DNA of 64,000 nt from Bugula neritina (GCA_964035545.1 CAXIUT010000263.1:43936-107935); one strand, 5' to 3'; shown: positions 50,770 through 63,606, numbered from the stretch's first letter. The notes: a model not told the origin generated them from the letters alone. Numbers and translations: made by a program.

Positions 50770-51622
50770 ATTGAAAGTCGATAGCGTGTTGTCGTTCATC
50801 TCTTAATACATCTACATCTAAACAACTCTGGACGTTTTCCCAAAAAGAAAAGATTTCGTAATTATAAACCAGAATGTCCCCACTCGACTTATCAAAGTCA
50901 AATAAGTACACTAAATAATCACTACCCCAAATTCAATAATGTCAAGAGAATAGTATTCAAAGATCATAAATAATCTCCTTCTCCAGCCAAGTATCAACTG
51001 AGTAAAAGTGAAAGGAGTCAACCTTCATTTACCTTTGGACAAAGTCGAGAGGTAAATCTCAACGTATCTAGAAATATAACTTTAATAGTTATATTCAGGA
51101 GGATCTACTGCTGGTATGCCTTGTATTAGTAAGAATCCTGCACCAACCGACTACAATAAATATCGAGTAGATGATAACTAAAAAACGAAGAGAGGGTACT
51201 CTATGAGACCTAAAACTGCTCAATCTTCCTGTACACATTCGATTATTCAGTTTTCAGAGATGGAGAAACAGGCTACACCAGGACCATCAGACTATGATAC
51301 GACTATTTAGTCATCAGGAAAGGGAAAATTAGCGAAATTCAGGACTACTTTTTCAGGAACAATCAGAAAATCTCAAAGATTTAACACAATAGGTCTAATT
51401 TATAGATATTAAGGTGACACTCCTGGTCCATCTAACTATAAGCCGAATAAAATAGATTTAAAGCAAAGTACTGGTTGTCCAATGACAAAGACAATACGCG
51501 TGAGTTGGATTGATAAGGCAGTTAAATAATCTAGTCCTGGTCCTGGAGATTACACTATACCTAGTGATTTTGGACATTATAAGAAGCCTAAATCAAAAAG
51601 AAGGATGTTAACAATAGGATGA
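50770..51622 (+). CDS. sperm-tail PG-rich (SHIPPO/STPG) repeat protein; start region contains indels
   Basis: TSTSKQLWTF, SPSPAKY, FTFGQSRE, NPAPTDY, TPGPSDY, TPGPSNY, SPGPGDYTIPSDFGHY; ~20-nt introns; TGA 51620-51622. Confidence 0.8.
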
Positions 51623-51652
51623 TGCAATAGATGTTTTTATTGGTTGTCCAAA

Positions 51653-52214
51653 TCATTTGAAGGCTTGTTTCATATAGTATTGCAGCTACCCAATGCTTTA
51701 GCGAATATCATCCAATGCTCGATGAAGATTTTTTTTTTTAAAGAAGAGTTCAGGTCGTTTGGCATTCACCACTATCTTTACACTTGAAACATCAAGGATT
51801 CGGTAGAAAAGAAAGTCATTCAGTTTTGGCATTTGATGGAATAAAAACAACTTATCCATGTGCACACTGTTGCCAGCAATAGTCAAATCCCATCTTTTGA
51901 TGCCCCAAATTCTAAAGATAGTTCAGAATGGTCTTTTCTGCCTCCTACATTGTCATCTCACTCTTCATAGAAGAAAAAAACAAACCTGATTACGTGTGAT
52001 GTCTACTATTGATAGAAGTACTTGGTGTTCCATTCGTCCATGGAAGCTAGATGCTACTGCTAGCAGTGGATGATGAGATGAGGTCCTTCTTGTTAATACT
52101 TTGAGCTGTTAATCTGTAAGAATGCATGCGAATTATAGAATTTGGTTAGTCCTGGGATCAGTCCACTCATTTAGAGATCTACCCATAAGAATTTGGGCTT
52201 GAAGGAAGATTCAT
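51653..52214 (-). CDS. REXO2: oligoribonuclease (Orn/REXO2, DEDDh); several single-base indels in this sequence
   Basis: LWVDLEMSGL, MDEWNT, IAGNSVHMDKLFL, YRILDVSSVK, HRALDDIRESIGELQYY. Confidence 0.9.
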
Positions 52215-52227
52215 TTTATTATTATTC

Positions 52228-52508
52228 TCAAATATTAACTTCATATATTATACTTAAAGGAAAAGATCAAGTTTGAAGCAACTCCAACTTGGCCTTAACC
52301 ATCTAATAATACTCATCATCTTCAAATATTAACTTCATATATTATACTTAAAGGAAAAAGATCAAGTTTGAAGCAACTCCAACTTGGCCTTAACCATCTA
52401 ATAATACTCATCATCTTCAAATATAACTTCATATTATACTTAAAAGGAAAAGATCAAGTTTGAAGCAACTCCAACTTGCGCTTAACCATCTAATAATACT
52501 CATCATCT
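52228..52508. repeat. ~95-bp direct triplication containing the last codons, stop and 3' flank of the adjacent gene
   Basis: Copies start at 52228, 52322 and 52417 and differ by single-base indels or swaps. Confidence 0.9.
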
Positions 52509-53842
52509 ACATCATCAGTTTAGCGTTTCTCCAATCTAGCCTTTTGCTATTTCATCTTCAAAGCATCTTCCATCTTCTATGCCTAGATATGCAAGCGTAG
52601 AGCTTTTTATCTTCTGGTAACTTTTGATTCTAGAATTGATTCCCACTTTGGTTTTCCTATGTGTTATGAATGAGTGAGATAGTTTTTGTAGTGAGGACGT
52701 TGGGTTGCTGGTGATAAATTAGATTTATTTCTTTTTCTTTTAGGCAAATCTCTTAATTGCTACAAATATCTCAAACCTTTATTTCTTATTTCTTCTGATT
52801 TCTAAAATTCTTATTCTATTTTAATTAGCTTTTTCCTTTCCATTTCCATTTCTTCTTCGACCTGTTTTTCTATTTCTTATCGTTTGAGCTCGTCGATTTG
52901 AGGTGCAAAATTTTATCTAACATGCTATGAAAATTGTTTCATCTTATCTGCCTTTACTTTGCTTTCGTTATGATCTTCTACTACCAATTATTGACTCAAA
53001 ATTTGATGGTGTGGACTTCGATATGATACCTTGTACTATCCAATTGCATTATTTAACTTTCTTTATTGCTCTCGCATTTATTGTTTTTCTTTCAATGTTT
53101 AAAAAAATTTTTGTGAATGTTCTTATATTTCTACTACGCTGATGGGTTTATGTAGATTTCTGATATTAGCTAGTTTTTTTTTTCTTTACTCTAAGACATG
53201 ACTTTAGTTGAGAGCTTGTTATTTTTATATCTTTTTGAATAAGGTTGTACCACCAATAACTCGATGATACTATTCTTAGCGTTGTTTTATCTATGATTAT
53301 CTGTTATCCATTCTAGTTTTTATCTTTTGCATATTCTAATATATTTCTTGTTTCTTTCTTGCTTTCTACTATTCCATCTTCTTTACTTTTAGTTGTTCTA
53401 TTACTCTCTCTTTCTCTGACCTTCGTTCTCTTTCAGCCTTTTTCTTCTACTCAATCAAACGATGTTCTTCTTTCACTCTTTGATTAAATTCTTTATTCTT
53501 TTTCATTATATCAACTACATTAGCTGTATCGGTTGCCCTAGGTGATATTTGAGATGTTTTTCCTTGAGAATAGTCATAGTTATGAATAGATTTGATTGAG
53601 TGATTGATATAGTCTAACTTCTTTTAAAGAAACTATTTCTATCTTTGAGCCTGTGATAACTTCTTTTATTTGATCTTGCTATCATATTTTTGATGAGGTG
53701 ATAATTTTTGTCTTTACTATTGCTATGCAGTAACATCTATCTATCCTTTACTTATTTTACCCATATATTTATCATTTATTTTGCGGATGGAAGGGTTGGT
53801 GACTGCTTTTGACTATTCTATCTATCTATTTTATTTGCTCAT
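52454..53842 (-). CDS. hypothetical coiled-coil protein
   Basis: K/E-rich frame containing KMKQFSEHVRENFAPQIDELKREE and ending DDEYYEMVK(A)KLELLQT-TGA; internal structure not fully resolved. Confidence 0.6.
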
Positions 53843-53897
53843 AATTATTATAGCTAGCATCATTTATAATCATATAAATATATTTAACAACCTCTCT

Positions 53898-56800
53898 ATG
53901 AATACCTACACCAATACCAAAATAAAACGACCACAACCACCCTTAGAGCCATCCCAATATCCCTCGAAATCAAAACATAGAATAATATTGAACGAATCGG
54001 CCAATAGACGCCATTAACAAGAACCTCTAAAGAATATAGCCAGAAAGAGCATTGATGTAGGGTTACATCCAGCCAACAAACAATTGAATACTCTATATCA
54101 ACAAACAAAGCACATAGAAAGATAACTCATAACTTCAAAAAACAAACCATGCCTCAAAGATATGAAGAATAGGATAACCAAAGAGTCAGCAAAAGTCCAT
54201 ATGTAAGGTACTCCAATTCAAAACAAAATCAACTCTATTAAAAGGAACAAAGACAACTCTTTTAAAAGGAACAAAGACAGCTCTATTAAAAGGAACAAAG
54301 AACCACCTCACTCAACAGATCTTCACACAAAATCAAATCAGGACAGCTCCTTAAACAAAATTCACCAAGATATCTCTTTTACAGGCAGCCCAAGTCATCT
54401 CTCTCCCAACACTACGATCCCTCCATCTAAAGCAGTTTGCACAAAAGAAGAATCAGCGCAGTAGGCTAAGACAAAAACGTTCTTCTGGAATAGGCTAAAT
54501 AGTACTATAGGAACAACGACTATTCAAAGGCAATAGATTTATTAAAAAAGTACATAAAGATTCATCGATCATCAATAGAAGCTTACTATCTTTTGGGAAT
54601 GAGTCACATCAACAACAATGAGTTTACAACTGGTATTTAGGAATTAAAATATACTCTTTAGTTGGATTCAGGATATAAAAGAAGTTTATACCTCGTCATC
54701 GCTTTAGCCTTTAAACGATTAACTCAATACGACCAGGCCATCTAAATTGTACTTCTTATTAGATTCAGTTAACCAAAGGATTGGAGTTGTATCCTGATTA
54801 CTATGATTGCTTGGTCTATCGAGGAAAACTATTTTTGAAAAAAGAAAACTATTATCATGGACTTAAAGATTTTACTGAGGCCATTAAACTTACAAAAAAA
54901 AGGCTTTGCTTATCTAGGTAAATCTATCTGCTAAAAATAATTACAGCATTATGACGAGGCCATTGACTCATTGACTACTGGCTTTAAAACTGATATGGCT
55001 CATCTTTGTAGAGAGAAAAGAGGAGTTATTTACTACTAACTGGGGAAGATCTCTGAAGCCCGTTCGGATTTATAACAATGTATTCAGTCATAGACCCATC
55101 AGTCATCTACATCTCATCACTATCGAGGACTTATTTTTTATTCATAAAGAAAAATGATTGACGCTCTTTTATGTTTTGAATAATCACTGAAATGTGACAA
55201 CAACAAAGAACATGTAACTGCTTCAGTCTAGATGATGCTGAGGATAAAGATAGAAGAGAAAGATTTCTATGAAGCTTATCATATTTTAACAAGGGCTGCA
55301 AATGTAGATACTGAAGGGGAAGTACTGGGGAGAATGGAAGGCTTTTCTTGAAGGTAGTTTGTTTTTGATGAAAAAAAAATATAAAGAAGGCATCAATACT
55401 TTTCAACTTTTATTAGGAGGATCGACTTTTAAACTAAATTATGATCAATTGAACAAATCAGCCAAATAAAGATACACCTTTATCAAACCACTAGTACACC
55501 TATACAAAGGATTTGGATAGCTATGCTAGTCTCGTCCTTAAAAGGCAGAATAATAATATAAAGAGTACTAATACTTATGTGAAAAGTTTAAGCAACCAGC
55601 CAACAACCTTTCTAAAACTTACAACCAGCTACTAATGAAAATCCATAGATCTTTTCCTGCTGACTCTCGAAACAATATCGAGACAGCTATTAGTCTGATC
55701 AGCAACAAACCAGAACCATACCTATACATGGCTTTCGATATCGTGCAGAACCAATTTTAGAAATAGTAAGATAATGTGACAAAAAACATCTATCTGGAAG
55801 AGGCAATCGATAATATAACTGTTGGAGTAGCACACTTGCCCCAGTTAAGTAACAATCACATTTCTACTTTTTATTACTATAGAGCCATCTTGTTTTTGTA
55901 TAAAAATGATTTCAACAAAGCAGTGGCGGATATTGATAAAGCTATCGAAAAAAGTTAAGATAATATCCCCAAATACTTCTATGTAAGAGGGCTCATCTTT
56001 GCTATTTTTGGAAACTTCAGTCAAGCAGTCCAAGACTTCACTGTTGCTATCAACTTGGACTAGAAGTATTCGAAACCTTACCTGGAAAGGGCTAAGTGTT
56101 TGCAGATAGAGGGAAATTCCAACTAGGCTTTTCTGGATTTACAGAGATACATCACTTTAAGCTCCTGAAGATCAAGGAATTCATAAGTATGCTGGGTATC
56201 TTTTGTTTCAAAACTGTGCATACTAAGATTGTTTATCTGCATTCAGTCATGGGTAGATGGAAAGTGACCAGTAGTTGATGCTGACCAAGGCCAAATGTCA
56301 CTTCCTTTTAGGCGACGAATAGCTAGCCATAAATTTATTTCAACAATACAGTGAACTTTCATGCACAGTTGATTATAACAGTGATATTACAATGATGCAA
56401 ATATGTCGGTTCTATTCGTGTTCAAACTCCCACTGCTGATTATGATCCCTTGATCTAAAAATTAGTAAAATTGATAGGGAGCAAATCAGAGTAATAGTGT
56501 AAGATATTCAAGCCTAGAGATATGCATCAATTGAAAGGTAGTATCTATCTGATATTGGGAGAATACCAACTTGCAGCTAGTGAGTTTACTTCAACTATTG
56601 AGTTGTTTAATCTCTAAAAAACAAAAGAACGCGAAAAACATTTTATTTAAGATAGTGACGAGTTTGAAGATTAATGGAGTGAAGTATAAATCAAGTATAA
56701 TTTGTCTTTATGTCTGTTATGTCTGAAGGTATATCTTGTCTTATCTAGAAATATCGAGAAGTAGAGAAAATTTTAGTTTAGTTCAGCAAAAGTAGTTAAA

Positions 56801-57312
56801 AAGGAAAGAATTGGAATTAATATCTTCTGATTATCAAGAAGTTGGTCAGTGGGTAGCCTATTTCTTAAACAAGTATTGATGTTTTTGAACAACATCATAG
56901 GGTAAGTAAGTTGTGGCCTAAAATTACTATTCCTGATACCAACATTCGTATCTCTTTAGCTTTTTCTTATCCTTTTGTATAACCTCCTGAATTATTACCT
57001 TAATTCGATCAGGATTTCTTCACTGAATTTACTGTTTCAAAATCCTAACAAAAACCATAAGCACCATGGATAAATCGTTCTGAAGGAGGACTTATCTTTA
57101 CACCCAATATCCAAGTCTATTAAAATTTATAATTATCGATGACCACTACTAAGAAGAACGATAGTGACAGAAATAAGCCTGTTTCTGAGATGGAGAGGAG
57201 TGTGGATATGAGCAATAGTGAAATTCAGTTATAGACAGATGAGTTGAAGAAGAAATTCAAGTTGGATTCAATGGTGGAGATGAGATTGAAAAAGATAATG
57301 CAAAAAAAGTGA
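53898..57312 (+). CDS. tetratricopeptide-repeat protein
   Basis: Many TPR consensus helices (YYYRAILFLYKNDFNKAVADIDKAIEK; FYVRGLIFAIFGNFSQAVQDFTVAINLD; YPDYYDCLVYRG); introns and at least one indel present. Confidence 0.85.
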
Positions 57313-57418
57313 TTGTTAAATCCATTAGTAGTAATTTACTTAAATATAATATTGAAAAAGTTTTAATTCAATCAAGAGAGTGAGTTAATTTTGTTTTCAC
57401 AATTAATATTAACCTAGA

Positions 57419-58849
57419 ATGATAACTCCTCCCTTTAAACCGATAACTCATCTCTTTAAACCAATAAATCTAAACCAAACTAAACTATATTTATGTAGCT
57501 ATCGAAAAACAGTCAATCAGGTTATTCCTAGAGGAAAACTAACCATTATACCAACTCCGATTGGTAATCTTGGAGATCTATCTCCCAACATAATCAAATC
57601 TCTTTTCAGTGCTGATCTGATAGCTTGCTAAGACAGACGAGTAGCTGGTCAATTATACCATTTGATTAGAAACAAAGGAATACTCAAAGAAATGGAATAG
57701 TATTTTGGAAATATGGGACTTAACGATTTGATTGAAGTTGATGAAGAAGAACAAAAGTCGAATCAGAGAGGCTATTAGTTCTATAACTACGCCAATATGA
57801 GAGATAGTCAAAGAAGAAAGTTTCTGAGGAAGATGTCAGAATCAGAACAATCTTAGTTCAGGATATAGTTTATGAAATATAGAGCTAAAAAAGTGTTGAA
57901 CAAAGATAACGAATGGTTATATACTGATAGTGGTAGCAGACTTGATGAACTGTATGGAGTTGACCTATCGGATTTAAAACATATTGAAAGTCAGATTATG
58001 AACTGTCGCAAGAAGAAAGGAAGAGGACTACTGATTCCTTTGAATACATATAACTAAACTAAGATGTTTGAGTTGGTAAAAGCCTTATTAGAATCTAAGG
58101 AAGTAGCGTTGGTTAGTGATGCAGGAATGCCCTGTATATCTGATCCTGGATGGAAGTTAGTAGATAAAATACGCACAAGCATGCCAGAGATACCAGTAAA
58201 AGTCATAGGAGGACCAAGTGCTATTAGTATAATGTTGATGCAGGCTTCTATTTTTGAGAAGGATAATGGACTAAGTGGTAGATTTTAAGGCTTTTCTTCA
58301 CTAGCTACTGGTAATTTTTAATAAAAACATCGGGATTTAAGAAAAATAAAAAACAAAGAATTTTCTATTCATTTTATCAATCCTAACAAGTTAAAGGGTA
58401 GATTGCTAGAATTGTAAAAGGCTTTTGGAGGGAAACAAAGAATACTGGTAAATAACTAGCTAACAAAGAAGTTTTAGAGAAGGTTTTAGGGAACTATAGA
58501 AGAGTTGCTGAACAAAATGGATGAGCCTAAGTTCAAGTTAATGGGATAAGTGTCTTACATGCTCTATCCTTCAGAATAAAAATTATAAAAAGGTCAATAG
58601 TAGGAATAATAAAAAGTTGATTAACTTCAACATGATAAATAAAGCAGGTAGTTCAAATAAGATTCTTTTTTGAATAAGAAGATAAATATTTAGATTTAAA
58701 AATTTATCTAGATTTTATAATAGGAGATTCCAGAGATGGGTTCAAAAGATAAGTTAGTTTTGATAATGGATCTTTTTGGGATAAAGAAGGGTGAAGCTCG
58801 TCGATATCTTTACTAAAAGTTTTAAAAAGATGGAGATTCACTCATTTGA
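57419..58849 (+). CDS. rsmI: RsmI-like SSU rRNA 2'-O-methyltransferase (tetrapyrrole methylase fold), probably mitochondrial
   Basis: GKLTIIPTPIGNLGDLS, ADLIACEDRR, VALVSDAGMPCISDPG, IGGPSA, ELTKKFE; basic N-terminal extension; 477 codons. Confidence 0.9.
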
Positions 58850-58936
58850 TACTATTTTAACTCAATTAAAAAGCCGTCAATGGTAGTATAATCTACTTTA
58901 TAAGTTATATTTTTATTATTATTTTATTATTTAGAT

Positions 58937-59875
58937 ATGTAGGGTAGCATTGAGAAGTAGAACAGGTTTTTGAAACATTTTGGACCTAAAACAAAACGTC
59001 TACAGATATGTATAATCTTTTAGAACATAGCTGAGATGCATCTGGTTGATAAAGATATTGATGAGTTGGTACAATACGACTGGTCGACTGTTGACACTCT
59101 TGACCTCTGTACTACGAATATTATGAAGCTAAAAATTCATTAACTAGTGCTTCATTGGAGAAGTTGGGAAGCATAAAATGGTCAAACCTCAAAGAATTAT
59201 ATATATGTATGCTATTGAGTATTGAGCTGATAACAAGCAGATGGGACATGGAGGAATTAAACATTTGGTTGCATAAAAATTCGATGGACTGAAGGTGTTA
59301 AGTATGAGCAATATTGGACTAACAGATGATGATCTCAAAGATCTTACTAGCCAACCTTGGACTAATTTAGAATCACTATGGATGAGTTTTAACTCTTTTA
59401 GAGCTCAAGGTATTGAACACTTGACTTGTCACAAATGGCCAAGTCTGGTATCTTTGCATTTGAGTATTTATGTGTTAAAGTAGGTGGAAACGTGATGAAA
59501 GATGGAGGGATGGCTAGTTTCATTAAAGGTGATTGGTCAAGATTGAAAAAGCTCTATTTAAGTGGATGTAGGGTAGCTGATTAAGGAGTTTTTCAATTTT
59601 GTAAGAAGGACTGGCCTGGACTATAAACTTTCTATTTCAGTCGCAACTAATTTACAACTAAAGGAGTGGCTAATTTATGCAAACAATAGTGGAAAAGTTT
59701 GTAAGATTTTCATCTACGTGATTCAAATATTGATGATTAAGGAGGGCAGAACATACCAACTGGGAAGTGGCCATCATTGAAAATACTATAGTTAGATCGT
59801 AACTAAATGTCATAAGAAACAAAGGTTAAAATTCGTTAACGTTTTTTCAACCATAACGTAACAATCTCATTCTGA
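58937..59875 (+). CDS. leucine-rich repeat protein with 26-aa (W-P/S-x-L) repeats
   Basis: Repeats such as WSNLKELYISDN, WTNLESLWMSFN, WPSLVSLHLSGN; introns 59010-59030, 59109-59128, 59207-59226 and 59464-59483. Confidence 0.88.
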
Positions 59876-59921
59876 TTCCCCTCGCATTATTCCTATTATT
59901 TAAATATTTTTAAAGTACTAG

Positions 59922-60431
59922 ATGTCTTTACCAGCTGTAATTGATTTTTGGAGCAACAAAGTTAATATTCAGTTGAAGAGTGGACATAAGTTTGAAGGCT
60001 TGTTATCAAGGATAGATTATAAAGAGAAAGTTGTAATATTAGAGGATGTTTAGGATTTAGGTAATTCAAATGAAGAGTGTCTACAACATGATAAAAAAAT
60101 AGATTAAAAGGTTTTTTAAGTTGGAAATATAGCAGAAATATTTATGAAAGAAAAACACTTCTCCGAACCGAAAAAGTACAAAAAATAATAGTTTTGGGAT
60201 GTCACGAGTGAAGTTCAAACTAACTAAAAGAAATACAAACCAAAGTATTAAGGAAAAAAATATGAAGGAAAAAGAGAGTATGAAGGCAAACGATAGTATA
60301 AGCCCAAAAGAAATGACTACCACAATGACAGAGGAAACTATAACAACGATAAAGATCGAAGGTAGAAGCAACCTTATAGAAGATATGAAGGTTAAAAAGA
60401 CAAAGAGGATGATGAGAGAGAGCTAAGATGA
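59922..60431 (+). CDS. LSm-domain protein (LSM14/Scd6-like)
   Basis: KVNIQLKSGHKFEGLLSRIDYKEKVVILEDVEDLG (LSm fold) and KYKKEEFWDVTSE (FFD-box-like); TGA 60429-60431. Confidence 0.65.
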
Positions 60432-60481
60432 TTTTGCTTTGAATAGTTAGATAAATAAATGGAATGAATTATAAATAATAT

Positions 60482-62544
60482 TCAAAGACCAGAAAACAAG
60501 ATTTCATATTTAAGAGCAGCTATTCCTCCAGGTGAATGATGAGCTAATTGACTGATGATAAAGTTTTATGTTTCTTGAGTGAAATCAACTTGTATTCCTC
60601 TGCATATCTAAAGCATTTTGAGTGCTGAGATAATTCCTGAAGGTGCTAGTGAAGTAAGAGCAGAGTTAAGATTTTTACCCATATTCGCAAGGATATTTTT
60701 TATTTCTTAACGAGCTTTTGTTTAATTTGGAAGGGAATATTATCCTAAAAAAGCTTTTAAAATAGACTTAGCGATAGTGCGTTCGATTTAATTGTCTTAA
60801 TGATAGAAGAGATCATCTTTTGTGTCATCTTCTACTATATATCTACCAAATAAAATAGATTGTTGTTCTGATAGTTCAAAGGGATACTTCATTAGCTTAT
60901 TTTTAACTTCTTTCATAGTAGTATACTTTGATCTCCATCTAGTTTCTTTTTTCCCGATTCTATTTTAATTTTCCTCCGATGGGTTATAATCGAGATACTA
61001 CCTACCAGCTTCAGATGTGATACGATAGTAGATGAATCTGTACATGAGATCTAGTCTGAAAGATTATAGTTGATTTATTTTTACTTGTCTCAAACGAATA
61101 CAATTTGGATGATGTTTCAAATATGACCTTTTTACCACTCTTGAATCTATTATGCTTTCTTATTAATCACTAACAGGAAAATTAATAGATGAGCTACCGA
61201 ATGAATCATCTTAGTTTATTTTCAAAGCAGATTGACGTATATTTTATGCTTGTATTTGTTATTTGCCAAAACCCATGCTACTTTCAAACAATGTTTTGAC
61301 TCTTTATCTGACATGTTCATTCTGTTGATTAGAACTCAATGATTTCTCAATTTTATACAGATAGTCTTGTTATTTTTTTTATTTTCTACCCAAAGGATCA
61401 AATCCATTATCATTTGGCACTTCATCTTCTCCTACTCTAAGATAACTAATAAGAGTTGTTATGTATTGAAGTTATGAGTGTAGTTTTTATATTTGGTTCT
61501 ATTTTTATTAAATGTTTTTAATGAATATTGCTTTTTCTGTTTAAAATTTTATTCTTTATTTTTGTTTTAGCAACTAAATTGTTTCTCTTCTTGTTTATTT
61601 TTAATTATTTAATTCTGAGTGCAAAGAATCTAAATCAGAAAGCAAATTTTTGTTTTCTTTGGCTGTTTTGTGTTAAATAGCAAGCAACTTATGATTTTAG
61701 TTTGATTTTTCTATTAAAAGTTTATCTAAAAAGACTATTTTTCTCTCTTTTTCTGATATTGTTGATTTATAAATGTTGATTCTTCCTTTATAAAATAAAT
61801 TTTTATTCTACAAATCTTATATTTTCTTTTTTAACATATTCATTTTCGAGGATAATCCTAACATATCCAGTTGCCTTTCAAGTTAAACTTCTTTACCTTT
61901 CTTATTATTTTATATTTATCCTTTCCAATGTTCTTTATACACCTCAGTTTATATTCTTTCTTCAGTTACCATAATCAGTTCCAACTTATTCTTTAATTTC
62001 TTATTCTAAGCTTGAAGAGCTTAGCATTCGAAACGAAAAGCTTAACCATTACTTACTTCATAGCGTTTTAGGAGATCATTATATTCTTCACATTTTTACT
62101 AATATTCTATATCTGATAATAAGTACTAAGTTTCATTTTGTTGTATTGATGCTTTACACCTTAGATCATTTTGTTTTGTTTTCGACTCACATCAAGGTAA
62201 CGATCATCTTAGAACTGACTCTAAATTTACTTTTGCATTTTAGTCAAATGCCTATTGTCTTGGGTTCTTTTAACTCTTTAGTATTTCAGTTATTAAGCCA
62301 ATCGATTGACTTTTCCTTTGAGCTTAAAGTTGATTTAGTGAAGTTATTCTGAAGGAATTGGAATGGAAGGAGGCTATTTGGCTCTTTGAGTATGAGGGCG
62401 TTGAGAATGGGTTTATGGTTTTGGAGTATTTGCTCTAGCTTAAATAGGTTCTGTGTGGAGTGTTTGTGTTTTTTGTTTGCGGATAGATGTCGTGAAGAAG
62501 GAGCGGGAAGTGTGTGATTTATGAGATTTGATTAGAGTTTTCAT
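60482..62544 (-). CDS. hypothetical coiled-coil protein
   Basis: Long TGA-free frame ending LKYEILFSGL-TGA at 60482-60484; length fits one 20-nt intron. Confidence 0.6.
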
Positions 62545-62728
62545 TTTTTATTGATCCATTTTATTATTATCGACTAATTATAACCTTATTTACATACATA
62601 TAGGACTTATCTATCTAATAAAAATGAAAATACTAATATTTCATCCAAAATAGAGTATAAAAATTTTTAAGAGTAGTTGATAATATTTAATGCTATTTTT
62701 TATCAAAATAATATTAAAACCTTTATCA

Positions 62729-63418
62729 ATGCGTTTTTAATTCTGTGGTAACATAAGTTGTCCTGAATGGTTTATCGCCTAAATATCTGTCCTTACTAAA
62801 ATAGTACTTCTTTCTTATCCAGACAGCTGTTAAAATCAAACTCATATTTGGGCAATTGATAACTAATTATCTTGAAGCTATTGATATTGTATAAAATATG
62901 ATATCTAGAGTAGTAAATGCCAAAAGTTATTAGCCGGAACAGGGTTAGATCCATATGAAATGAAAGCTGTACTGGCTACACTTGATTTTATATTGAAAGG
63001 AGCTGTGATGAATGGAGTAAATGATGGACAACTTAACAAATAACTAGTTGATTTAGGATTGCCAAAAGGTTTTAGAGCTTTTATTTTAGAAAATGCTTAA
63101 GGTATAACTAAAATTTACAAGAGTAGTCGTTAAAAGCTTATATCAGCCAGTCAAGACAAAGGATTTAAAAGTATTTTAATTTTAATATCAGTATCATCTC
63201 AAATAGAATTAGAATATTCTATTCATGAATTTATTGGGAGTAGTCTAATAAAATAAAAGAAAAGCGTAAGATTTGTGGAATTCGGATTAAAATATAAAGA
63301 TAAAGACGAGATAAAGAAGTAAATAGATATGTGTGTTTGTGAGCCACAGTTAAGCGATTTAGTAGATCAAGTGGAAAGAGCTTTAGTAATTATAAAAAAA
63401 TTATAAAGTAAAGGTTGA
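62729..63418 (+). CDS. COMMD4: COMM domain-containing protein 4
   Basis: MRFEFCGNISCPEWFIAEISVLTKITAVKIKL and LNKELVDLGLPKENA match COMMD4; several ~20-nt introns; TGA 63416-63418. Confidence 0.88.
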
Positions 63419-63606
63419 TTCTTCTAAGATAAACATTTAAATATATTACTTACTAACTTATCAAACTTTATAAAAAAGAAACAAGAGATAGAATCAATTA
63501 AAACTTGAAAAGAGAACTATAATCAGTTGAAAAGAAGATAATTCTAAAAACGCCAAGATATTACACAGTAAAAAATATTTTAAAACCAATCACAGTGTAT
63601 CTAAAT

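Noticed and set aside
50730-52510. Programmed frameshifting or pseudogenisation in the STPG and REXO2 genes (also RING ~1220, PP2C ~45058, TPR ~55334)
   Set aside because: Shifts go in both directions, mostly at short homopolymers, share no slippery motif and cluster regionally while catalytic motifs stay intact. Long-read indel error is the simpler explanation; short-read polishing would settle it.
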